A stretch of DNA of 20,050 bases from Candidatus Iainarchaeum sp. (GTDB taxonomy: Archaea; Iainarchaeota; Iainarchaeia; Iainarchaeales; 0-14-0-20-30-16): positions 1 through 20,050 of the forward strand of contig CAIWXP010000193.1 of assembly GCA_903916665.1 (NCBI GenBank). Direction: 5' to 3'. The translations under genes and the position numbers were made by a program. The notes under the pieces are model-generated. The model saw only the letters and a list, made by a program, of their open reading frames with translations, searched no databases and was not told where the DNA came from. This document shows positions 8,745-16,432 of the stretch, in pieces (the first letter of the stretch is position 1; every line of letters starts with the position of its first letter).

Positions 8745-9572
8745 TTATTCGCTACCATCATCTTCTAAATCATAATCATCATATTCTGTATAATCAGAAT
8801 CAGTTATTGCATACTTTTCAAAATCTGTTGGTTCTTTCTTCTTCTTTTCTTCTAACTTTGCAAGATATCTTTCTTCATCTTGTTTTCTTTTTTCTTCCAT
8901 TTTATCGTCCTTCTTGGCATCTTTCTTTTCGTGTTTTAAATCAACAGTTTTTTCTTTCTTAACACTTTCAATCATTTTTTTTAATTCGTCTTTTTTCTTT
9001 AACGGCAATTTTAATTCTTCTTTATAAACTGGTTTTGATTTTATTGTAGTTGGTAAAACAGTATTTAATATTTCAACTTTTTTTCTTGAAACTTCTTCTT
9101 TTTTTAATTCTGTTTTAATTGTTTTATTAGTTGGTACTTTAATTGGTTTTTGTGCCACTACTTTCTTATTAGAAATCTTAAATGCTTTTACTGGTTTAAC
9201 TAATTGTTTTTTAACAATAACCTGTTTTACAGGCTTTGGCAAAGGTTTTGGTTTTGGTTTTGATTTTTGCTTCAAAACGGGCTTAATTACTTTTTTAATT
9301 ATTTTCATAGGTTTCACTGGTTTTTTTAACTGTTTTTTAACAATAACATGCTTTACTGGCTTGGGCAAAGGTTTTGGTTTTGATTTTGGTTTTTGCTTCA
9401 AAACTGGCTTAATTATCTTTTTTGCAAACTTTTGTGTTGCCTTCTTAGGCTTCATACTAACACCTCTAACAACATCTTTTGATATTACTTCTTTCGCTTT
9501 TGGCTTAGAAGAACCACTAATTATTTTTTTAAAAAATTCAGTGAACTTAGATTTTTTTTGTTCTGGAGACAT
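8745..9572 (-). CDS. Highly basic Lys/Pro-rich repeat protein with KE-rich middle and acidic C-terminal tail (no recognisable family)
   Basis: AGGTGAT lies 4 nt upstream of the ATG. Contains a 42-aa tandem duplication (KKIIKPVLKQKPKSKPKPLPKPVKHVIVKKQLKKPVKP / KKVIKPVLKQKSKPKPKPLPKPVKQVIVKKQLVKPVKA). The C-terminus is TDSDYTEYDDYDLEDDGSE. Confidence 0.7.
   Translation of the reverse strand: MSPEQKKSKFTEFFKKIISGSSKPKAKEVISKDVVRGVSMKPKKATQKFAKKIIKPVLKQKPKSKPKPLPKPVKHVIVKKQLKKPVKPMKIIKKVIKPVLKQKSKPKPKPLPKPVKQVIVKKQLVKPVKAFKISNKKVVAQKPIKVPTNKTIKTELKKEEVSRKKVEILNTVLPTTIKSKPVYKEELKLPLKKKDELKKMIESVKKEKTVDLKHEKKDAKKDDKMEEKRKQDEERYLAKLEEKKKKEPTDFEKYAITDSDYTEYDDYDLEDDGSE
9183..9422 (-). repeat. Intragenic tandem duplication, period 126 nt (2 copies)
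   Basis: Copy 1 is 9309-9422 and copy 2 is 9183-9296. 32 of 38 aligned residues are identical, and the DNA is visibly near-identical (..ggcaaaggttttggttttg..ttgcttcaaaac.ggcttaatta..). Confidence 0.85.
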
Positions 9573-9626
9573 AATATCACCTAATAGAATTTGTATTATT
9601 AACTAAACAAGAAAGTATTTATAAAT

Positions 9627-10376
9627 TTAATCCCAAAAAAATCTCGCTTTCTTTACTTTTTTTGGTTTAGTTACTTTTTTTACTTTCCTTTGTTTAATCT
9701 TCTCTTTTATTTCTTTATGATATTCTTTATGATCATCTATTGCCTTTTTAACAATAATTTTTCCCGTATTAGTAAATTCATTTACACTTGCCAATCCATA
9801 TTTAGTAACAATCCACGAACCCGTAAAAATTGCTCCTGCCAACAAAGGATTCAAACCCATTAAAAGTGATGCCACACCACCAGAAGTTGCAACCTGTATT
9901 TCTGCTTTAGAAAACAAATTCGCCAAACTTTCCAGGAATTTCTTATTTTCCCCTGTTTTTGGATTTATTTCTGCAACAATTCGTGAATTCTTAAATATTC
10001 TTACTATACCGTCTTCTTCACTTGATAGAATACTCATTACATCCTTTAACTCAGTAATACCCAAAGCAGCAGAATGTCTTGTTCCATGACCTAAAAATAC
10101 CTTAGTTTTTTTTAACTTTGCACCATAGGCTAAAATCTTTCCTTCTTCATTGATTACAAATGCGCCATCTAAATCAGCTAACTTCTCTAAAAGTATTTGA
10201 GTTTCTTTTGCTTTTATATTAATATTTTTCCCCGCAAACAAATCAGGGTATAATTGTTCATAGTATTTTGAAATATCAGTTTTTGATATAATAAACAAAG
10301 AACCTTTCTTTTCAATAGCAAATTTATTTACTAATTTTAAAACAATTTCAATAGTATCTTTTTTACTCATAGCCAT
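9627..10376 (-). CDS. Diadenylate cyclase (DAC/DisA_N domain) with C-terminal hydrophobic helix and basic tail
   Basis: DAC signatures: GSLFIIS, LDGAFVI (DGA encoded at 10161-10169), LGHGTRHSAALGITE (variant of the RHR motif, ~10063-10089), ILSSEEDGIVRIF. AGGAGTGAT lies 5 nt before the ATG at 10376. The track start at 10484 adds 36 non-homologous residues. The hydrophobic stretch VATSGGVASLLMGLNPLLAGAIFTGSWIV is encoded at ~9795-9893. Tail is KQRKVKKVTKPKKVKKARFFWD. Confidence 0.85.
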   Translation of the reverse strand: MAMSKKDTIEIVLKLVNKFAIEKKGSLFIISKTDISKYYEQLYPDLFAGKNINIKAKETQILLEKLADLDGAFVINEEGKILAYGAKLKKTKVFLGHGTRHSAALGITELKDVMSILSSEEDGIVRIFKNSRIVAEINPKTGENKKFLESLANLFSKAEIQVATSGGVASLLMGLNPLLAGAIFTGSWIVTKYGLASVNEFTNTGKIIVKKAIDDHKEYHKEIKEKIKQRKVKKVTKPKKVKKARFFWD

Positions 10377-10501
10377 AAAAATCACTCCTATGTTTATGAT
10401 GCTTGTGGTATAACTTTTTCTTTTTGAAAAATTATCAACTGCGTCATAAAAATAACATAATAAAAAATTACAATTATAATACACTCTTTAAATATATAAA
10501 G

Positions 10502-11641
10502 TTATTTAAAAAAATCCACTATTCTAGATTGTTTAAATAAATTACTTTGATGCAAATATTTTCCCGTATCATATTTTAAATGACCTTTAATATATTGCAA
10601 AACTTCTTTTTTATCTGAGAAAATTTTTGCTGGTTTCTTCATTGCAGTTCTAACACTTTCTCTAACCTGCCAAACACCCACAGGAATCGAATAATCATCA
10701 TAAATTTCTCTAATTACTAAAACTCGCGCCTGTTTCTTTCTTTCAAAAAGATATTCTAAAACTCCTAATCGTGCAGCATAGTAACCACCAGCTTGGCTTT
10801 CTGCATAGTCTTTTCTACCATAAAAACCTTCAAACTCATGATTAAAACCATACTTGCCCCATTCACTATCTTTGGGCCATAGTTCAAATTGTTCATATTC
10901 AATGTTTCCCTGTGCTAAAATAATTACAAATCTATTATGTAAATATTCATTCTCAAAAACCAAATAAGAATCTAAATTATCAAATTCTCTTATATTTTGC
11001 AATAATTGTTTTCCTAAGGTATCATCTACAGCAGTAATACTTTGCCTAGTAGTAACTAATTTTTTATCCAAACCTAAATTTCCTGCAGAGAATATTTTTG
11101 TTAAATAATAATTATCAAAACCATAGTCTTTCAATGTGTGAATGCTTTGAACTGCTTTTAATTTATCCTGTAAAATTTGATCTACTTGCCAAGGTATTTT
11201 CGGATTGCTTAAATAATCAATCTCTTTTATTTTTGCTTTGAAACCTATGGGTTGCATTATTGAATCTGGATTAAAATCATAGTTAACTTTCTTCTCAAAA
11301 TATACGTCTAACTCTACTTTATTTTGAGCCAACGATAAATCCTGCAAATCTCTTACTTTAACATTTGGTTTATCAAAGGTTACTTTATAGGGGTTAATTG
11401 ACAATGCTAGATTTTCAACAATTTCTTTATAGGGTTTGCCATAGCTAATACTAGGATCAAAGTTACCAAATACAGGACCAAACTTAACCCCAAATTCATT
11501 GGGCATTACAACAACATTATTTGTATCACTTAAAATACTTTTTTTTATTTTACTTTGTTTTGCTAATATACCAGGCAAAATAGATTCATAAAATTCATGT
11601 TTTTTTCTATTAATTAAATCCCTTGAATTAACTTCTTGCAT
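10502..11641 (-). CDS. Nre-family (DUF650/DUF651-like) putative PCNA-binding DNA repair protein
   Basis: The C-terminal block AESQAGGYYAARLGVLEYL..VLVIREIYDDYSIPVGVWQVRESVR matches my recollection of the Nre C-terminal domain. The extreme C-terminus QSRIVDFFK is a canonical PIP box, QxxIxxFF (10508-10531). Family assignment is from memory, not from a search. Confidence 0.5.
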   Translation of the reverse strand: MQEVNSRDLINRKKHEFYESILPGILAKQSKIKKSILSDTNNVVVMPNEFGVKFGPVFGNFDPSISYGKPYKEIVENLALSINPYKVTFDKPNVKVRDLQDLSLAQNKVELDVYFEKKVNYDFNPDSIMQPIGFKAKIKEIDYLSNPKIPWQVDQILQDKLKAVQSIHTLKDYGFDNYYLTKIFSAGNLGLDKKLVTTRQSITAVDDTLGKQLLQNIREFDNLDSYLVFENEYLHNRFVIILAQGNIEYEQFELWPKDSEWGKYGFNHEFEGFYGRKDYAESQAGGYYAARLGVLEYLFERKKQARVLVIREIYDDYSIPVGVWQVRESVRTAMKKPAKIFSDKKEVLQYIKGHLKYDTGKYLHQSNLFKQSRIVDFFK

Positions 11642-11667
11642 AAAATATCACATCATTATTTTATGAC

Positions 11668-12501
11668 TTAAATTAAATGATTTGCAATACTAAATATATC
11701 TCTTATTCCTGTTGCAAAACCAAATAAAGTTACAAATAACAGAATATAATTCTTTTTGTTTTCATCTAAATTAGAACTACGTAATATAATTATTATTATA
11801 AAAACCAAAATTAATTTAATTAATGGAAAAATCCAGGTGCCTATATTTATAATAAAATAATTACTAAAAACATGCTGTTCTCGAAAATATGGAAAAAAGG
11901 TTAAAGCCGAATAGGTTGCAATTCCATCAGTTAACTGTGCACATATTGCTATGGTTTCAAAAGGATTTAATTTAAATTTAGTTATTTCACAAATAAAATA
12001 AATAATTGTAGTTATTATTAAAATACTAAAGATAATCAAGAAGAAACTTAAAATAAAATTCATTTTTATTAAAAATAAAATAAAAATTGTCAAAGCTATA
12101 GGAATAGTTATTGAAAATAATAAATATTTTTGATTAATATTATATTTCTTTTTCAAGAAGAAAGTTAATCCCAAAAGAAACAAAGCAAATGTGACCAATA
12201 ATAAATATACTCCTGGAGTAATAAAATAAAAACCAAATTGCAAAGGATTTGCAGATCTATGAAACCATTGCAATGTTGAATAGCTTTCTTCTGCAACTCT
12301 TAACATTGCCCCTATGAATATGATTATTGTCATATAACCAAAGAATGGCCTATCTAATTTACCATACCATTTCTTTACCAAAGGAACAATAACAAAAAAG
12401 AACAAAACCAATGCTAAAACAACATAGAAACTCGTATTCACTAAATTATAGCCCGCATCTTCTGTTATTGTTTTACCAAAGTAATCGTATAAAAAGCTCA
12501 T
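11668..12501 (-). CDS. Polytopic membrane protein (about 8-9 TM helices; possibly archaeal DUF63-type)
   Basis: 277-aa ORF made almost entirely of hydrophobic helices. A TATA-rich region lies directly upstream of the ATG. The family name is only a guess. Confidence 0.7.
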   Translation of the reverse strand: MSFLYDYFGKTITEDAGYNLVNTSFYVVLALVLFFFVIVPLVKKWYGKLDRPFFGYMTIIIFIGAMLRVAEESYSTLQWFHRSANPLQFGFYFITPGVYLLLVTFALFLLGLTFFLKKKYNINQKYLLFSITIPIALTIFILFLIKMNFILSFFLIIFSILIITTIIYFICEITKFKLNPFETIAICAQLTDGIATYSALTFFPYFREQHVFSNYFIINIGTWIFPLIKLILVFIIIIILRSSNLDENKKNYILLFVTLFGFATGIRDIFSIANHLI

Positions 12502-12551
12502 ATTAGTATAATATATATAATGTTTTTAAATTATAACACATATATGTTATT

Positions 12552-13577
12552 ATGACTAATTTTATTAAAGTACCAAAAAAGGATGCAAATATTGTTAGAG
12601 AACTATTAATCTCTAAGGAATTGTACCTAAAAGGTATAAAAGCAAAAAATGATGCAAAATATGTTTATTTTCCAGTAATTCAAAAAGATTTGAAAACTAA
12701 GGAATTGAAAAAATATCAAATAGTAACAAAAAAATCTGAAGAATATACAACAACAAGATCATTTAGAGATATATTAGTTCAAGATTTTAAAATAATAGAT
12801 TATATGGCTTCTTTTGATACTGTTGGGAATATTGCAATAATAAAATTAACAGATGAAATGTTGAAAAAAGAAAAAGCTATTGCAAAAGCTTTATTGGATA
12901 GTAATCCTGCAATAAAAACTGTTGTTAAGAAAGCATCTGAACATCATGGCAAATATAGAGTTGAAGATGTAAAATATTTAGCTGGCAAAAAAACTTTAAA
13001 AACAGAAGTTAAAGAATCAAATTGTGTTTTTAATATTGAATTGGGAAAAATGTTTTTCTCAACAAGATTATCGTTTGAAAGAGAGCGACTTGCTAAGATT
13101 GTTTCTGACAATAGTACTGTTGGAGTATTCTTTGCTGGTGTTGCTCCATTTTCTATAATAATAGGAAAACATAAACCTAATTGTAAAATTTACAGTATCG
13201 AACTTAATAGAGATGCACATAGATATGCAGTTGAGAATATTAAACTAAATAAAATTACAAATGTAAAAGCTATTTGTGCAGATGTAATAAAATATGCAGA
13301 TAAAATAAAAGATTCCTGCGATTATGTTATTATGCCGTTACCAAAAACTGCAGATTTATTTTTAGAAGCAGCATACACTGCAATAAAAAAGAAACCAGCA
13401 GGACAAATAACTCTTTACAAATTTGTTCCTAAAGATGATCCTTATACTTTGCTGCTAAGCGAACTAAATGGTTTTGCAAAGAAAAAGAAAAAGAAACTAA
13501 AAGTTGTTTTCAAAAGAGAAGTAAGAGACTATTCTGCAAAGATAGTTCAAGTAGTTATTGATTTTTGTTTTGTGTGA
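12552..13577 (+). CDS. trm5: tRNA (guanine37-N1)-methyltransferase, archaeal Trm5 (Met-10+ like)
   Basis: FDTVGNIAIIKL (D2 domain); SAM motif VGVFFAGVAPFSIIIG; YSIELNRDAHRYAVENIKLNKITNV; catalytic-region DYVIMPLPKTA. Order and spacing match aTrm5. Confidence 0.85.
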   Translation: MTNFIKVPKKDANIVRELLISKELYLKGIKAKNDAKYVYFPVIQKDLKTKELKKYQIVTKKSEEYTTTRSFRDILVQDFKIIDYMASFDTVGNIAIIKLTDEMLKKEKAIAKALLDSNPAIKTVVKKASEHHGKYRVEDVKYLAGKKTLKTEVKESNCVFNIELGKMFFSTRLSFERERLAKIVSDNSTVGVFFAGVAPFSIIIGKHKPNCKIYSIELNRDAHRYAVENIKLNKITNVKAICADVIKYADKIKDSCDYVIMPLPKTADLFLEAAYTAIKKKPAGQITLYKFVPKDDPYTLLLSELNGFAKKKKKKLKVVFKREVRDYSAKIVQVVIDFCFV

Positions 13578-13582
13578 AAGAT

Positions 13583-14404
13583 ATGGTTGAGCAAGTAAGA
13601 CCAAAAATAATTTTAGTATATGGTGTTCATTTAAATGAAAAAGAAGCAACTCAAGAACTAGCAAATAAATTAAAACCACTATTAGAAGCACGAGGTTTTG
13701 ATGTTCAAATTGTAGAATTTCCCGAAGATAAAACATTACATGAATTAATAAAAAAATGCAAAACATCAGAAGAAATAGATGAAGTTATAACTTCTGGTGC
13801 ATATATGACAGGAGAACAATGGCTTAAACAATTTAATAATGCCGCAGATTTGGTATTAGATTTACATTGTACTTCAAACCAAAATTATAAAGATGTTAAT
13901 ATTTTAAGAAATCCTGAAATCTATGAATTAAGAAAACCAAAATTTTGGTCCGCAAGAGTGACTGATCCTACAAATAGAAAAGCAGATCCAAAAAATCCTC
14001 TATTTATTAAAAATAAGAAAACACCGGAAAATAATAATGCATTTGTATTAGAATTTCCTGCAAGATACAAACAAGCAAGACAGGAATGGCGCGATATAAT
14101 AATTAATAGAATTGGTCCAATTCGTGGAATGTTTGTTGGCGATTATTTTTATAGAGAAGTAGATCTACCTGCTACAAAAAATGCAGGATATTTATCACCA
14201 TTAACAATAGCTAAATTTACACATTTAATTGATACTGAAGTTAAAACTAGGTTAGGAATTTATCACGCACCTAAAACACCACCATTTAAACCAAAGAGGT
14301 ATAAATATAGTTCTATAGATATAGAAAGAGAAAGATTAGCAAAAGAAGATAAGGCACGTGAAATTAGATTTAGATTATTAAGAGAAAGAATACGAAGATT
14401 ATAA
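13583..14404 (+). CDS. Putative Zn-dependent hydrolase, succinylglutamate desuccinylase/aspartoacylase (AstE/AspA, M14-like) fold, with Arg/Lys-rich C-terminal tail
   Basis: KIILVYGVHLNEKEA gives HxxE (His codon 13628-13630). AADLVLDLHCT gives a second His (13865-13867). AFVLEFPAR gives a Glu (14051-14053). This is the same ligand order as the AstE/AspA family. Start 13583 is preferred because the track start at 13565 overlaps the trm5 end. Tail is ..REIRFRLLRERIRRL. Confidence 0.5.
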   Translation: MVEQVRPKIILVYGVHLNEKEATQELANKLKPLLEARGFDVQIVEFPEDKTLHELIKKCKTSEEIDEVITSGAYMTGEQWLKQFNNAADLVLDLHCTSNQNYKDVNILRNPEIYELRKPKFWSARVTDPTNRKADPKNPLFIKNKKTPENNNAFVLEFPARYKQARQEWRDIIINRIGPIRGMFVGDYFYREVDLPATKNAGYLSPLTIAKFTHLIDTEVKTRLGIYHAPKTPPFKPKRYKYSSIDIERERLAKEDKAREIRFRLLRERIRRL

Positions 14405-14413
14405 GTGAAAAAT

Positions 14414-15586
14414 ATGAAAGATAGAAAATTATTAAGTACATTTAAAGGAAATAATAACTATGCTGTTTACAATTGGTTTCATTTCACTGAAGCATATTCA
14501 CGAGAATTAGTCAGAGAAATAATATTAAAGAATCCTGTTAAAACAAAAAGTCCAATACTATATGACCCTTTTTGTGGCACTGGTACATCTTTATTAGTTG
14601 GAAAAGAATTTAACTATGAGTGCTATGGAACTGACATATCATATTTAATGTATCTAGTATCAAAAGGTAAATGTTTGGGTTTTAATGAGAAAAAATTAGC
14701 CGAATTATTGCCACAAGTATTGAAGATAAAAAAAGAATCTATTACATTAAACAAAGAATATGAATGGATTAAACAATATTTCTATGGTTTAAATTTACAA
14801 GAACTATTAAAGATCAAAGAAAAAATTGATAACATTAAAGAAGATGAAAAATTCTTTTTCTATATTGTATTATTGCACACAATTGAAATTGTTACAAGAG
14901 CAAAGAAACAAGGTGCAGACCTAAAAATGAGAAAGCTACCATTATTAGATGTTCTTCAAAAATATCAAAGAACATTTGATTTGTTTTTGAAAGAATATAT
15001 TAAATTCAATGCAAAAAATAAAAGTGAAAAAGAAATAGAAATATTAAATGAAAGTTGTTTAACATTTTATAAAACTCACGATAAACTATTTGATTATATT
15101 ATTTGTTCTCCACCTTATCTAAACAAAACAGAATACACAAAAAGATTTGGAACAGAATTAGCAATACTAGGAAAAGAAACTATTTTACAAAATCACTTAG
15201 GACACATAAAGGCATCACAAAAACAAGAAACAAAAACAAAAGAATGGATTTATTTAAAATATTTTAAAAAACAATTAGCACAAATAAAAACAGAAGAATA
15301 CAAACATGAAGAATATGATGCTCACGAGTATTTTAAACAATTGGAAATATTTATTGAAGAAAGTGCAAAGCACCTAAAAAAGCAAGGAATATTTGCAGTG
15401 GTTATTGCCGGTGGAGTAATTGGCAATTCAATGTTTGAAATATATGATTATGTGCAAGACCTATACCTATTAAACAAATTAGAAATTGTTGATATAAAAA
15501 CAAATAGAGAAATAACCTGCAATCAAAACAGAACATTAAACCTAGGAAAAATAAAAGAATTTACTATTATTGGAAAAAAGAATTAA
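14414..15586 (+). CDS. SAM-dependent amino-methyltransferase, motif I DPFCGTGT and motif IV SPPY (N4-C/N6-A DNA, or RNA/protein N-methyltransferase)
   Basis: ILYDPFCGTGTSLLVG (FxGxG) lies near the N-terminus and DYIICSPPYLN about 180 aa later. An alternative GTG start at 14405 directly abuts the upstream stop. GTGA lies 5 nt before the ATG at 14414. Confidence 0.8.
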   Translation: MKDRKLLSTFKGNNNYAVYNWFHFTEAYSRELVREIILKNPVKTKSPILYDPFCGTGTSLLVGKEFNYECYGTDISYLMYLVSKGKCLGFNEKKLAELLPQVLKIKKESITLNKEYEWIKQYFYGLNLQELLKIKEKIDNIKEDEKFFFYIVLLHTIEIVTRAKKQGADLKMRKLPLLDVLQKYQRTFDLFLKEYIKFNAKNKSEKEIEILNESCLTFYKTHDKLFDYIICSPPYLNKTEYTKRFGTELAILGKETILQNHLGHIKASQKQETKTKEWIYLKYFKKQLAQIKTEEYKHEEYDAHEYFKQLEIFIEESAKHLKKQGIFAVVIAGGVIGNSMFEIYDYVQDLYLLNKLEIVDIKTNREITCNQNRTLNLGKIKEFTIIGKKN

Positions 15587-15605
15587 TCTTAATAAATATT
15601 TTTAG

Positions 15606-16349
15606 TTAAGGGAAAAATACATCACCATACAAATCCAAAACAACAATAGGATCTTTAGTTCGTCTTAACATTCCTTTTGTGAATTCTAATAACACTTTTG
15701 GATCAGGATCCATTACTTGCACACCTAAAATAGGATTATGTTGTTTGTCTGAACGAATATTATACCAATTATTAATACCTCTAGTATAGTTATCATCTTT
15801 TCCAGTATATTTTGGATCTATAATTAGTCTACAATTATATTTCATGGAATTATTTCCCATTATTGTTTTCTCTAATGCACGCTCATAAAAAATTAATATT
15901 GTTTCTTCTACTGTTCTTGTAGGATCAAACTCAATAAGATTTGAAACCATTAATTCTCGACCATTCAACAATTCTGGATTTGCTAATGCAGAAAGAACTT
16001 TCCCTAAATTTTCAAATCTAACATATTCTATTGGCCTAAAAACATGTCTTCGTCTAATTTCATTTATTCGAGCTAATTTTTTTCTTGTCATAACTACTTG
16101 TTTTGTATTTACATTTAAATTAGATTTATAACTATCTATTTGTTTTTTATAACTTAAATAAGATGTTCTTCTATTTTTTAATGATTCATGCAAACTCACA
16201 AATAATTCTGCTCTTTTTCTTCTAATTTCAGTTATTCGAGGATCCTCAGCATTACCAGAACTATATTGAAAATGCAATTCCCCATTTCTTTCTGCTTGTC
16301 TAGGGCCTTTTAATTGTGTTCCATTTCTTAATACTCTTGGCTTAGGCAT
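15606..16349 (-). CDS. Hypothetical protein (247 aa), basic N-terminus, no motif recognised
   Basis: Uninterrupted ORF converging on the methyltransferase gene with a 19-nt gap. A TATA-like ataattaaata lies ~25-30 nt upstream of the ATG with no SD, so it looks leaderless. N-terminus is MPKPRVLRNGTQLKGPRQAERNG. Confidence 0.65.
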   Translation of the reverse strand: MPKPRVLRNGTQLKGPRQAERNGELHFQYSSGNAEDPRITEIRRKRAELFVSLHESLKNRRTSYLSYKKQIDSYKSNLNVNTKQVVMTRKKLARINEIRRRHVFRPIEYVRFENLGKVLSALANPELLNGRELMVSNLIEFDPTRTVEETILIFYERALEKTIMGNNSMKYNCRLIIDPKYTGKDDNYTRGINNWYNIRSDKQHNPILGVQVMDPDPKVLLEFTKGMLRRTKDPIVVLDLYGDVFFP

Positions 16350-16432
16350 AATAATGAAATAGTAACAATGTATTTAATTATATCTCAAGATATATTATAT
16401 ATCAAAAATCTAATTTTAATAATTGATCAACT

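Noticed and set aside
9361-9606. Plus-strand ORF 9361..9606 (Gly/Phe-rich)
   Set aside because: It is the complement of the AAA/CCA-rich Lys/Pro repeat. The minus-strand frame is far longer and has an AGGTGAT SD.
10377-10484. 36-aa N-terminal extension of the DAC ORF (MYYNCNFLLCYFYDAV...)
   Set aside because: It has no DAC homology. A strong AGGAGTGAT sits inside it, 5 nt before the ATG at 10376. The extension region reads better as the promoter/5' region.
13497-13766. Minus-strand ORF 13497..13766 spanning the trm5/hydrolase junction, and 19170..19445(+) inside dedA
   Set aside because: Both are antisense to motif-bearing genes, and both translations are low-complexity Leu/Phe/Ile.
15606-16349. 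Calling the 247-aa ORF a restriction endonuclease outright
   Set aside because: No convincing PD-(D/E)xK, HNH or GIY-YIG catalytic motif could be read. The idea is kept only as a hypothesis in the findings.
16380-16393. Inverted repeat atatct-ca-agatat in the divergent promoter between the 247-aa ORF and the zinc-ribbon gene, as a possible operator
   Set aside because: A 6-bp A/T-rich palindrome is expected by chance many times in DNA of this composition. It cannot be supported as a binding site without conservation data.
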